This document shows, piece by piece, positions 1 through 9,695 of a DNA stretch of 64,000 nucleotides (the first letter of the stretch is position 1; the number at the start of each line of letters is the position of its first letter). The notes beneath the pieces are model-generated. The model saw nothing but the letters and a program-made list of their open reading frames with translations. It was not told the DNA's origin and did not search any database. The translations under genes and the position numbers were made by a program. Where the stretch lies: positions 22,585 to 86,584 of the forward strand of contig CBFGNC010000015.1 in the NCBI GenBank assembly GCA_965650135.1. The letters are read 5' to 3'. The stretch is from an uncultured Fluviicola sp. (GTDB taxonomy: Bacteria > Bacteroidota > Bacteroidia > Flavobacteriales_D > Crocinitomicaceae).

Positions 1-64
1 AGCAGCAAAACCAAATCAAAAAAATAGTGTAACTTAAATAGTTGAACTTTAAAAGTTACAGGAT

Positions 65-1390
65 ATGAAGCATGCGTTGAAAATCCTTTTCCTTCTCACC
101 TGTATCAGTTCCAGTCTTTTCTCCCAGGAAACCGATTCCCTGAAAAATCATTGGTTAACAATCCACGCGCAGGCTACTGTGATCAATCAGTTCAAACCCT
201 CATTTTCCGCACCTTATTCCGGCGACAACAGTTTGTCCACCCAAAAGGAAAACAAGGCTTCCATTACCTCCACGCTTTATCTCGGTTCGCGCTTATGGAA
301 AGGTGCAAGCGTTTATTTCAACCCTGAAATTGCCGGAGGTTCCGGATTGAGCAGTGCACTGGGAATTGGAGATGCAACAAATGGAGAAACATTCCGGGTC
401 GGAAGTCCGGCTCCGCAGATTTATTTGGCGCGCCTGTTTTTCACACAACGATTTGCTTTAAGCAAGGAACTGACCTACCAGGAAAGCGACCAAAATCAGA
501 TAGGAATGCACATTCCTGTAAAGTACCTCTCTTTAACTGTCGGTAAAGTCGGAATTGCAGATTTCTTTGACGACAATACCTACAGTCACGATCCCCGAAC
601 GCAATTCATGGCTTGGTCCTTAATGGATAATGGTGCCTGGGATTATCCTGCAAATACACGGGGTTATACGCCGAGTGCAATCATGGAGTACATTTCTCCC
701 AAACACGAAATCCGCTATGCTTTTTCCCTACTCCCAACTGGAGCTAACGGAAATACCATGGATTGGAACATCCGGCGTTCAGTATCCCACAACCTGGAAT
801 ATGTGCACCGGCACCGGTTCAATCAGTTGAAAGGAGCTGTAAGGATCTTGGCATTCTTCAACACGACCCACATGGGAAATTACAGTCAAAGCATCCAACC
901 GGAGAACATCGACAGTATTCCCGACATCACTTCCAATCGCATGTATGGCCGCTCGAAATTCGGGTTTTCAATCAATGCCGAACAAGCTTTGGGAGCGGAT
1001 CTCGGGGTCTTTTTCCGCGCAAGCTGGAACGATGGAAATAATGAAACGTGGGCGTTTACGGAGATTGACCGGAGTATCAGTGCCGGAATCGTTTGGGAAG
1101 GAAAGAAATGGAAACGACCGGATGACCGGATCGGACTGGCTTATGTCACTTCCGGACTTTCCAAACCACACCGGAATTACCTGGAAGCCGGAGGAAAGGG
1201 TTTTATCCTGGGCGATGGGAATCTCAACTATGCCTGGGAACATTTGGCGGAAGTCTATTATTCTGTCGCATTGGTAAAGGAACATCTCTTTTTGAGCGGT
1301 GCTTACCAATTATTAGTGAATCCCGGGTACAATCGAGACAGGAAAGGCCCGGTATCCATTTTTTCATTGCGGGTGCATCTAACTATCTGA
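65..1390 (+). CDS. outer-membrane porin, carbohydrate-selective (OprB-like) family
   Basis: 441-aa ORF with a signal peptide (MKHALKILFLLTCISSSLFSQ) and beta-barrel-like alternating composition. The family assignment is from memory of OprB-type porins. Confidence 0.5.
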   Translation: MKHALKILFLLTCISSSLFSQETDSLKNHWLTIHAQATVINQFKPSFSAPYSGDNSLSTQKENKASITSTLYLGSRLWKGASVYFNPEIAGGSGLSSALGIGDATNGETFRVGSPAPQIYLARLFFTQRFALSKELTYQESDQNQIGMHIPVKYLSLTVGKVGIADFFDDNTYSHDPRTQFMAWSLMDNGAWDYPANTRGYTPSAIMEYISPKHEIRYAFSLLPTGANGNTMDWNIRRSVSHNLEYVHRHRFNQLKGAVRILAFFNTTHMGNYSQSIQPENIDSIPDITSNRMYGRSKFGFSINAEQALGADLGVFFRASWNDGNNETWAFTEIDRSISAGIVWEGKKWKRPDDRIGLAYVTSGLSKPHRNYLEAGGKGFILGDGNLNYAWEHLAEVYYSVALVKEHLFLSGAYQLLVNPGYNRDRKGPVSIFSLRVHLTI

Positions 1391-1409
1391 AAAATAAGCA
1401 TGGAAAATG

Positions 1410-1445
1410 TTCCACTCATTTTTAATTGGCATTCCACTCATTTTT
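1410..1445 (+). promoter_or_regulatory. two exact 14-nt direct repeats (ttccactcattttt) spaced 22 bp start to start, upstream of the VOC-family gene
   Basis: The copies at 1410-1423 and 1432-1445 are identical. The second copy ends 51 nt before the ATG at 1497. Confidence 0.4.
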
Positions 1446-1496
1446 CCCTATTTTCAATCCGATTTTAAGTTTAAAACCAATATATACTGAAGAAAA

Positions 1497-1904
1497 ATGA
1501 CAAAAGAAATTTGGCTTAATTTGCCCGCAAAAGACGTAGATGCTTCCCTTGCTTTTTTCACTGCAATCGGATTCACTCCCAAACCCCAACAATCCGCTTC
1601 CGGGGAAAGAGCTTGTTTTCAAGCCGGGAAATCGGTTGTCATGTTGTTTCCCGAATCTGCGCTTAAAGGTTTCAACGGAGGACTTCCCATGAACGATACC
1701 AAGAGTACTTCGGAGATGATGATCTCTTTTGACGCAGAATCAAAGGAGGAAATTGATGAATTGGCACAAAAAGTAAAAAAAGCGGGAGGAACCGTTTTTG
1801 CCGAACCGATGGAAATCCAAGGCTGGATGTACGGTTTCGCATTCGCAGACCTGGACGGACATCGTTGGAACGGTTTGTACATGGATCTGTCGAAAATGAA
1901 GTAA
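1497..1904 (+). CDS. VOC (glyoxalase/bleomycin-resistance) family protein
   Basis: 135-aa ORF. The N-terminus WLNLPAKDVDASLAFFTAIGF and the C-terminal GWMYGFAFADLDGHRW are typical of the VOC fold. Confidence 0.6.
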   Translation: MTKEIWLNLPAKDVDASLAFFTAIGFTPKPQQSASGERACFQAGKSVVMLFPESALKGFNGGLPMNDTKSTSEMMISFDAESKEEIDELAQKVKKAGGTVFAEPMEIQGWMYGFAFADLDGHRWNGLYMDLSKMK

Positions 1905-1907
1905 GAT

Positions 1908-2273
1908 ATGAAAGGAGTTAAAATCACGTTTTGGGTCAGTACCGGTTTGATCGGGCTGTTTATTATTCCGGGTGTTTTCTTTTTGAATACTCCATTTGCC
2001 AAGGAAGTTCCCAATCATTTAGGTTTACCCACTTGGTTTCAATGGGAATTGGGTATTTTGAAAGCAATCGGGGCGTTGGTACTGCTATTGCCCTTTGTGG
2101 GGAACCGCATCAAAGAATGGGCTTATTTCGGCTTGTTCCTGGATGTTCTTTCAGCTTCGTTCGCCCTTACCTGGGTTGACGGATTAAAAGGCCCGTCTTT
2201 CTTTCCGTTGGTCATCTTCGCAATTTTAGCGGTTTCTTACTGGAGTCACCACAAACTGCATAAAGTATTTTAA
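1908..2273 (+). CDS. DoxX-like small membrane protein
   Basis: 121 aa with about 4 hydrophobic segments. It starts 4 nt after the preceding stop. Confidence 0.4.
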   Translation: MKGVKITFWVSTGLIGLFIIPGVFFLNTPFAKEVPNHLGLPTWFQWELGILKAIGALVLLLPFVGNRIKEWAYFGLFLDVLSASFALTWVDGLKGPSFFPLVIFAILAVSYWSHHKLHKVF

Positions 2274-2285
2274 ACACACCTATCT

Positions 2286-3089
2286 ATGATCCAAGAAATT
2301 AAGCAAATCCAGGCAGGTTTAGAAAAAGTTCGGGAGGAAGTTGTTCATCATCCGAGCTACCGGGCAATTCAATCCATTGAAGACATCCGCATTTTTATGG
2401 AACACCATATTTATGCCGTTTGGGATTTTATGTCGCTTCTGAAAGCCCTTCAAAATCAATTGACTTGTACACAAGTACCATGGTTCCCTGTCGGATCTGC
2501 CGAAGTGCGTTACCTCATCAATGAAATCGTTTGCGGAGAAGAGTCCGATCTGGCTTCGGAAGAAGATGTGAAAAACGGAGACGGAATACGCAAAAGTCAC
2601 TTCGAATTATACCTCGAGGCGATGGAACAAACCGGAGCTTCGCGTGCAGGTATTGATGCTTTATTCGACCAAATTCAGCAGGGAAAATCAGTTGAAGAAG
2701 CAATCGAATCGGTTTCTATTCCGGAATCTGCCAAACGTTTCCTGCGCTTTACCTTTGAGGTGATCGCAACAAAAAAACCGCATCTGATCGCCGCTGTATT
2801 CACGTTTGGGAGGGAAGACCTGATTCCGAACATGTTCCACAGCATTGTTAGTGATTTGAATGCCAAATTCCCAACACAATTGGCAACCTTCAAATTTTAT
2901 TTGGATCGTCACATTGAAGTGGATGGAGACCATCACGGACATTTGGCACTACAGATGGTGAGTGAGTTGTGCGGAAATGATTCGGTGAAATGGGAAGAAG
3001 CTGAGAAATATTCCATCAAATCACTTGAAATGCGCAAACAATTGTGGGATGGGGTATACGATGAGATGAAAAAGCATCAAATGGTGTAA
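2286..3089 (+). CDS. DUF3050-like (heme-oxygenase-like fold) protein
   Basis: 267 aa. The motif HHIYAVWDFMSLLKALQ and overall length match my memory of DUF3050 proteins. Confidence 0.5.
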   Translation: MIQEIKQIQAGLEKVREEVVHHPSYRAIQSIEDIRIFMEHHIYAVWDFMSLLKALQNQLTCTQVPWFPVGSAEVRYLINEIVCGEESDLASEEDVKNGDGIRKSHFELYLEAMEQTGASRAGIDALFDQIQQGKSVEEAIESVSIPESAKRFLRFTFEVIATKKPHLIAAVFTFGREDLIPNMFHSIVSDLNAKFPTQLATFKFYLDRHIEVDGDHHGHLALQMVSELCGNDSVKWEEAEKYSIKSLEMRKQLWDGVYDEMKKHQMV

Positions 3090-3102
3090 TAATATGTAAG
3101 AG

Positions 3103-3175
3103 CTTTGTGTTCTTTGCATCCTCAGCGGTGAAATATTAATCGCAAAGGGTGCAAAGGCGCGAAGATATTTTCCCT
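3103..3175 (+). terminator. long imperfect hairpin between convergent genes, plus-strand specific because of G-U pairs
   Basis: Arms 3103-3121 and 3147-3164 give 18 pairs with one bulge. Four are G-U pairs on the + RNA and would be A-C mismatches on the - RNA. The hairpin is followed by atatttt. Confidence 0.45.
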
Positions 3176-3176
3176 A

Positions 3177-5846
3177 TTATTCAGTAACTATCTTTTTTTC
3201 CTTTTTCAAAAGTGAATACGAATACATTACTCCATTTTCAACGCTAATCGCCTCATCTTCCTGTACTACCATATTTGTGAGTCCGTCGGGGTACATCTGC
3301 TTACCTTTGGAATCCACGATATAGATCTTTCCATCTGTCAACCTGAAATGTTTAGAATCCAGGAGAAGATCGGGAAGTGCCATTTTTTCCTCCTTGGAGC
3401 CATCCATCAGGTTAATGATCTCATACGTGCTTCCTTTTCTTACATAGCCGAATTCGTTGATTACAAAATCGCATGGAATGGCTTGTAACAGGGTTGTTTG
3501 ATCAGGCACCTGTCCTTCGTAAAATTCCATATTGTACCAAAACCCATCTTTCAGTGCGCGAAGAATATAGATTCCACTCACGGAAGCGGCAATGAAAATC
3601 TCATCGAAAATCGGTTTGATCCGCTCATTCAAGTTGTAATCATACACTCCCATTTTGCCCTCCTTCCAGACAAGAAACGCTGCAGATGCGATGTATTCGA
3701 TCTTGTCATAAACAGCCGGAATTTCCTTCCTGAGATTGAGACTCAACAAACCCTGGAATTTCCCGATACGCGTAGCGCATTGCTGATCGTAATCGCGGTA
3801 TGGAAACAAGAGCTGTATCTTATTATCCGTTTTGTCGTACCTGAATTCCAATTTATCATAGTTAAATGGAAAAAGGGTATCGTTAAATGCGGAAATGATT
3901 CCCCATTTCTTGCTGACGTTTTGAGCTAAGAAATAGACCGGATTCCAGGTCGGAAGCAATTCCAGATAACTAAACGGAATAGCAACAGTCTGCATGGTCT
4001 CCCCATTTTCCGACTCAAAATCAGCATATACTTCCGAGCCTTTCAACTTCCCTTTTTTCGAAATCGTCCGCTCGGGATTTATGGAATAAAAAACACCTCC
4101 GTCAGAACCCACATACTGTTTATCATTATCTCCGAAGTAGTAAATCTTGGAAACTTCTTCCAATAAATAGAACTTACCCGAATCCACCCTGCTGGGTTTA
4201 ATGACGGATCCCCAGGCAATTTCAGCTGCTCCCCACAAATCCCCAACCCGGTATTCGATCAAAGTACCCGAATTGTTACTTTGGAAAAGCGTATCTGCAT
4301 CCAGGTCCACCACTTTTCCATTCCAGGAAATGAACCCCAGCTTCCCGTTCGTTTTTTTAAAGATCGTAAATGGCGTATAGAAAGGATGACTTTCCGATTG
4401 CTCAGAATCTTCGGAATACGCGTAATAATTTCCATAATCATCCAGGTATCCCACGGATTCGGAGTCGTATTCCCAAAGATTCGGGGTATTGCTTCCGAGA
4501 TAATTCAAACTTCCGAAAGCGCCTTCAATCCGGGTCACCTCGCGGAACATCGAATCTTGGACCAGTTCGCACATGCTGAAAAAAGAATCGCCCGGTTTTT
4601 TCAATCCGTAAAAGGATCCTGTCAGGTGAACAATCTCTTCGTATGTGAAATCGGAACCTTTATCAGCCGTTGAAATACGATAAGCCAGGTTTCCCGGTTT
4701 GGTTTCGCCGCCAATGGTATAAACCCAGACAATCGCTCCCGAAGGATTTTTCCACCTGTCCTTGAATGTGATTTTCTCTCCCCAATCGGAAACAATTTTC
4801 TGATTCCGCAAATCGTACAGCGCAACCAACACGCTTTCTCCGTCGGTTTTCTCTGCGTAAACAAAATCTTTATAGATCACTCCATCATAGGACGTCATTT
4901 CGAATCCATCTTCGTCAACAATTGAATTGGCCTTAAGTGGAATGCTGACTCCTTGAAACGTATCTATTGCCACGTCAAACCGATTAAAAATAATTATTTC
5001 CTCCCCGGTTGCACAAAGTTTCCATTCCATGAATTCGGTGATACTCTCATAAGGCAAATACTCAATTTCAAAGCGGTTGTTCATAGAAGCCATCTTTTGA
5101 CGGTGTTTCAAAGAAATCAAGCTCATTTCCGTATCCTGGGAAACATCATTAAAAACAGAATCCGTGATGAGCGTTCCATCCCCTTTTGCAAGATATAAAA
5201 CGGGATCTCCCAAAAGCAGAAAGCCCTCCGATTCCGCGCTGAAGAAGTAATCGCTTTTATCCAGCACCAGGATATAATTGAAAAGAATGGAATCTTTCAG
5301 GATGTAAACAAAAGAAGGAACCGATGTGATTGCCGCATATTCCATTGGAACGATGATCGTTCCTTTCTGATCGATGATTCCGGCCTTCTCCTCTTTCCGG
5401 ATAATGATCAGATCGTTTGTCGGCAAGATATCATCTCGTCCTGGTCCACCGTCCAGGTCACTTGCAATCAATTCACTTCCAAAATACAGATCGATCGTAC
5501 CGTTTTCAGTTTGTGCTTCAAAATACACATTATTCGGTGAAAGGCCTTTGTATTTTACAGGAATGATTTTCTTCGACCCCTTGGGTAAATAGCCTTGCAG
5601 ATCATTGTCGTACAAACGAATTCCGTGGGCTTCCATTCTAAGTTCCGTATACTTCGGTTCCAGGATCTGTCTTCCATTGGCATGGACCAAACCCACCTTT
5701 CCATTGGCGAAAATACGCTTGACTGTATCACTTGCATCTTTGGATGCTACCAATTCCCCATCCTGGGAAAATGTGTGGAAGCTGATGATCAGAAGAATAA
5801 AGTAGAAGCTCGTTTTCATGGGTTTCATTTCAACGAAGTTACTCAA
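3177..5846 (-). CDS. WG-repeat-containing secreted protein
   Basis: 889-aa ORF with recurrent G(K/L)xG(L/F/I/V)(I/V)..xGxxI(L/V)P.xY modules (KVGLVHANGRQILEPKY, KAGIIDQKGTIIVPMEY, KKWGIISAFNDTLFPFNY, GKMGVYDYNLNERIKPIF). The signal peptide begins at an internal Met (MKTSFYFILLIISFHTFSQ), so the true start is probably 5819-5828. Confidence 0.6.
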   Translation of the reverse strand: MSNFVEMKPMKTSFYFILLIISFHTFSQDGELVASKDASDTVKRIFANGKVGLVHANGRQILEPKYTELRMEAHGIRLYDNDLQGYLPKGSKKIIPVKYKGLSPNNVYFEAQTENGTIDLYFGSELIASDLDGGPGRDDILPTNDLIIIRKEEKAGIIDQKGTIIVPMEYAAITSVPSFVYILKDSILFNYILVLDKSDYFFSAESEGFLLLGDPVLYLAKGDGTLITDSVFNDVSQDTEMSLISLKHRQKMASMNNRFEIEYLPYESITEFMEWKLCATGEEIIIFNRFDVAIDTFQGVSIPLKANSIVDEDGFEMTSYDGVIYKDFVYAEKTDGESVLVALYDLRNQKIVSDWGEKITFKDRWKNPSGAIVWVYTIGGETKPGNLAYRISTADKGSDFTYEEIVHLTGSFYGLKKPGDSFFSMCELVQDSMFREVTRIEGAFGSLNYLGSNTPNLWEYDSESVGYLDDYGNYYAYSEDSEQSESHPFYTPFTIFKKTNGKLGFISWNGKVVDLDADTLFQSNNSGTLIEYRVGDLWGAAEIAWGSVIKPSRVDSGKFYLLEEVSKIYYFGDNDKQYVGSDGGVFYSINPERTISKKGKLKGSEVYADFESENGETMQTVAIPFSYLELLPTWNPVYFLAQNVSKKWGIISAFNDTLFPFNYDKLEFRYDKTDNKIQLLFPYRDYDQQCATRIGKFQGLLSLNLRKEIPAVYDKIEYIASAAFLVWKEGKMGVYDYNLNERIKPIFDEIFIAASVSGIYILRALKDGFWYNMEFYEGQVPDQTTLLQAIPCDFVINEFGYVRKGSTYEIINLMDGSKEEKMALPDLLLDSKHFRLTDGKIYIVDSKGKQMYPDGLTNMVVQEDEAISVENGVMYSYSLLKKEKKIVTE

Positions 5847-5940
5847 GACAAATCGCCTGACAATAAGTCATTTGCACTATTTATGTTCATCCTCCGTTTA
5901 ACCCGCTCATAAATACTCCTTATTTGCCACATTTATTTGT

Positions 5941-6396
5941 TCAGGGATAAGCTGTCATTGAAAATTGTTCTGTTACTTTCCCTTCTTTGATCAATTTATT
6001 GTTCTGATAAACTTTCAATTTCGGAGTTTCCCCATCGACGATCCGAAAGCGCGAACTGCTAAGTCCGTAATAAGAAAAACTTCCCGGCGTTTCCTGATCG
6101 TAACCATACTTCATACTTGACCATCCATAGGCAAACGAACAAGAAGATTTTCCGGCTGCGTTCACCGCATGAAAATCCGTCGGATAAAGCAATACATTCC
6201 GACCGCTTGAAGAAACGTAAATCAATGAGTCAAAGTCCAACTGAATCCATTTATCGAAAAGAGTGATACCTATATCCGTTCCGCTTGAACAACATTGTCC
6301 CCCGGCCCAAGTATGAATACTGACATTTGCGAGGGTATCCTGCGAAAACCCGTCCGGGCTGGACATCAGTAAAAAAAGGATGCAAATTACTTTCAT
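5941..6396 (-). CDS. hypothetical small secreted protein
   Basis: The ORF is trimmed to the internal Met that starts a signal peptide (MKVICILFLLMSSPDGFSQ). It contains a GGQCCSSG motif and I recognise no family. Confidence 0.35.
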   Translation of the reverse strand: MKVICILFLLMSSPDGFSQDTLANVSIHTWAGGQCCSSGTDIGITLFDKWIQLDFDSLIYVSSSGRNVLLYPTDFHAVNAAGKSSCSFAYGWSSMKYGYDQETPGSFSYYGLSSSRFRIVDGETPKLKVYQNNKLIKEGKVTEQFSMTAYP

Positions 6397-6502
6397 GATG
6401 ACTTCTACAATTAAAACCGGATCCGGTTCAAATAAAACTTGCAAAATAATTACCCTGGTAAAAGAAGGATATTCTTCCACTTATCCCCGAAGACCCATTT
6501 TC

Positions 6503-6541
6503 AACAAAAAAGAAAGACTGCCCTACTTAAGGAGCAGTCTT
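6503..6541 (-). terminator. intrinsic terminator of the efflux operon
   Basis: 8-bp stem aagactgc/gcagtctt (6514-6521 and 6534-6541), followed on the - strand by tcttttttg. Confidence 0.6.
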
Positions 6542-6632
6542 CACCTTTATCCGAATTAACAGACCTGCACTGATTTACACGCATTATCTAATCATAAACC
6601 CACATAAATCAGCGCTGTCCGTGTGCCACTCT

Positions 6633-9600
6633 TTAAACTTGTTCTGTAATCTTTGATTCCACTTTCGGTGGTATCAATCGATAAACAATCGGCGTTACAA
6701 CACGTGATAACAAGGTTGAACTGATCAATCCTCCAATCAATACAATTGCCAAAGGCGAAATCAACGGATTGGTGGAAATCGCGATTGGGATCAGACCTCC
6801 GATGGCTGTGAGTGATGTCAATACAATCGGCAGGAAGCGCACTTCACCCGCTTCCCGGATTGCTTCGTCCAGAGTTCTTCCTTCTTCCCGCAAGTGATTC
6901 GTAAAATCAACCAAGAGGATGGAGTTCTTCACTTCAATCCCGGCCAGGGCGATCAATCCGATTACCGCTACGAAAGACAAAGAATTTCCGGTGAACCAAA
7001 GTGCGATCACTGCCCCTACAATTCCGAGCGGAATGACGGACAATACGATCAGCGTACTTTTAAAGGTTTTGAAAAGCAAGATCAATACTGCTATGAACAG
7101 GAAAACCGTGATCGTGATAATCGTGTTGAATCCACCGAATGATTCATTCCGGGATTCAAATTCACCTCCCATCGTGTAAGAATAACCTCTGGGAAGTTTC
7201 TTCTGATCCATTTTCGTGATGACTTCCTTGATCAGGTTATCTACCAGAACACCTTTTTGTGCAAAGGCACTGATCGAAACTGTCCGCACCTTGTTGTAGT
7301 GATTGATGAATAAGGGCGAACTTTCCAATTCCAGGCTGGCAATCTGTGAAAGCAAAATAGCTTGCCCTTGCTGGTTATTGATGTACAACTGATTGAATAC
7401 ATCCAATGTTGCCCGTTCACCTTTGTGGGTTGTCAGAAGCATGGAAAACTCATCGTTGTTCTCATCGGAGAATGTTCCCAAGTCCACCCCGGCAATTGCC
7501 AGACGGACTGTTCTGTCAATATCCACAGTATTCACTCCCAAAGCGCGCGCCTTTTCTTTCGATATCACCAATTTGAAATCGGATTTCAGGTTGCTCACCG
7601 GGTTGTTCACATACATCGTTCCCGGAATCGCTTTCAGGAGATTTTCCACCTCTTCACCGATCTTTCTCAAACTATCCAGGTTATCTCCGGAAAGACGTAC
7701 TTCGACAGGTGCAACCATCGGCGGACCTTGTTCAAAGTTCTTCACCTCTATCTTCGCACCGGCATACCGATTGAAAACTCTACGCAAACGATCAGTGATT
7801 TCCTGTTTCTTATCGACATTCGTATGTTTCTCCAGTTGTACAAAAATCTGTGCGAAATCGCTTCGTTCGTTTTCCTGCGCCACATTGTAATAAACCGGGG
7901 GATTTCCTTTTCCCACATTGGCTGCATAGTATTTCACTTCGGGAACTTTACTCAATTCCTTTTCGACATATTTTGTGATCTCATTCGTATGGTTCAGATT
8001 TGTTTGCAAAGGAGCAACCACATTCACCAAAAATTGCGGTTTTTCAGAAGCCGGGAACAAACTGAATCCGATTACCGGAAACAGGGCCAATGAACCGATA
8101 AAGATTGCCACAGCAACTGTCATGGTAATGATCGGTCTTTTCAATGCTTTATCCAACAGAACGGAATATGTTCCCGAAATGGCTTTTTGAAGCGCTCTCA
8201 AGAAAATGTTCCCATTGTGTTGTCCTTGATGCTGTTTCAGCAAACGGCTTGATAAGAACGGGATAATCGTCAGTGAGACAAGCATGGAGGCCAGCACACT
8301 CGCAATAACCGCCATCGGGAGACTACGAATGAAATCCCCGGCTCCTTCCGGTAAGAATACCAAAGGCAAAAAGGCGATAATCAAAGTTACGGTACAACCT
8401 ACCACCGAGAGTCCGATCTGCTGTGTCGCCATCAAAGTTGCGTCCATGCGGGAATGTCCTTCGCGAAGCCATCGCTCGATGTTCTCGACCACGACAATAC
8501 TGTCGTCGACCAACAACCCAAGTGCTACCACCAACCCGACAATACTCAACTGATTGATATTGTATCCCATCACATTCAGGAGAACCAATCCGATTGCCAA
8601 AGAAAGCGGAATGGAGATCATCACCACCAACGAAGCTCTTCCACCCAAAGGAAGTAAGGTGATTGCAACCAGGAGAATAGCAATCAGGAAATCGATTCCC
8701 AATCCTCCCAAACGGTCGTTTACATTATCTCCCTGGTCGAAATGGTTCACCAGATCGATGTTCGAAGGAATTCCACTGTCGAACTCCGCCAGCACCTTTT
8801 GATATTTCTTTTGTGTTTCAGAGATATTGAATCCTTCTTTTTGCGCTGCTGTAACAAAGACACAACGATGACTGTTCAATCGCGTGATGTGTTTCGCTTC
8901 CGAAAAATCGTAATACACATCTGCCACGTCTTTCAGGGGAATCGTCTTTCCTTCTGAAGCATAGATGATCGTATTGGCAATTTCTTCCAAGGAAATATAA
9001 TTTCCGCTGGTTTTCACATTGAAAGATTTGGTTCCTACATCCACACTTCCTCCCGGAATATTGGCTATTTCACTTTGCAGGGTTCCAACTACCGCATTCA
9101 AAGGAAGATGCAATTGCGCCAACTTATCTGTTCTCAGATCAATCCGGACTTGTTCATCAGATAAGCCGTGAATCTTTACATTTTTCAATTCGGGAAGTTT
9201 TTCCAATTGCTCCTGTAAATCTTCTGCTACCTTCCTTAATGATTTCCGGGATGCATTCTCACTGATTAAAGCTGTTTGGATTACGTTCACGTCGGAAGCA
9301 ACCAGTTTCTTCACTTCAATGCTCAAAATCTCATCGGGTAGATCGGAACGCATCCCATTGACCTCTCGGGTCAGTTCCTGGAATTTATCGTTCACATCCG
9401 ATTCGTATTTATATTCCACCATCAGTATCGCCACACCATCTTTGATCTGTGTTCTGATCCGTTTGATGTTTTCCAAACTGTAAATTTGTTTTTCCAGTGG
9501 TTTCACAACCAACTCTTCCATATCCGAAGGACTTGTTCCGGGATAAATTACGATCACAGGGAACATGGGCGAATTGGTTGCAGGATCCTCACTTCGAGGC

Positions 9601-9695
9601 ATGGTCAAAAGCGTATTCACTCCTAAAGCGATAGCCATGATGAACAACACCAGGGTAAACTGGTAGTTGCGTACTGCGTATGTTGCTATTTTCAT
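6633..9695 (-). CDS. RND efflux transporter permease (AcrB/HAE1-like)
   Basis: 1020 aa with a 12-TM layout and two large periplasmic loops. Typical motifs include LGLLVDDSIVVVENI. Confidence 0.9.
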   Translation of the reverse strand: MKIATYAVRNYQFTLVLFIMAIALGVNTLLTMPRSEDPATNSPMFPVIVIYPGTSPSDMEELVVKPLEKQIYSLENIKRIRTQIKDGVAILMVEYKYESDVNDKFQELTREVNGMRSDLPDEILSIEVKKLVASDVNVIQTALISENASRKSLRKVAEDLQEQLEKLPELKNVKIHGLSDEQVRIDLRTDKLAQLHLPLNAVVGTLQSEIANIPGGSVDVGTKSFNVKTSGNYISLEEIANTIIYASEGKTIPLKDVADVYYDFSEAKHITRLNSHRCVFVTAAQKEGFNISETQKKYQKVLAEFDSGIPSNIDLVNHFDQGDNVNDRLGGLGIDFLIAILLVAITLLPLGGRASLVVMISIPLSLAIGLVLLNVMGYNINQLSIVGLVVALGLLVDDSIVVVENIERWLREGHSRMDATLMATQQIGLSVVGCTVTLIIAFLPLVFLPEGAGDFIRSLPMAVIASVLASMLVSLTIIPFLSSRLLKQHQGQHNGNIFLRALQKAISGTYSVLLDKALKRPIITMTVAVAIFIGSLALFPVIGFSLFPASEKPQFLVNVVAPLQTNLNHTNEITKYVEKELSKVPEVKYYAANVGKGNPPVYYNVAQENERSDFAQIFVQLEKHTNVDKKQEITDRLRRVFNRYAGAKIEVKNFEQGPPMVAPVEVRLSGDNLDSLRKIGEEVENLLKAIPGTMYVNNPVSNLKSDFKLVISKEKARALGVNTVDIDRTVRLAIAGVDLGTFSDENNDEFSMLLTTHKGERATLDVFNQLYINNQQGQAILLSQIASLELESSPLFINHYNKVRTVSISAFAQKGVLVDNLIKEVITKMDQKKLPRGYSYTMGGEFESRNESFGGFNTIITITVFLFIAVLILLFKTFKSTLIVLSVIPLGIVGAVIALWFTGNSLSFVAVIGLIALAGIEVKNSILLVDFTNHLREEGRTLDEAIREAGEVRFLPIVLTSLTAIGGLIPIAISTNPLISPLAIVLIGGLISSTLLSRVVTPIVYRLIPPKVESKITEQV

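Noticed and set aside
7362-8093. 243-aa plus-strand ORF (with neighbours 7393..7890 and 8284..8553) inside the RND pump gene
   Set aside because: It is antisense to a strongly supported 1020-aa AcrB-like CDS. The translation is low-complexity (H/F/R/Q/C-rich) with no recognisable motif, which is typical of shadow ORFs.
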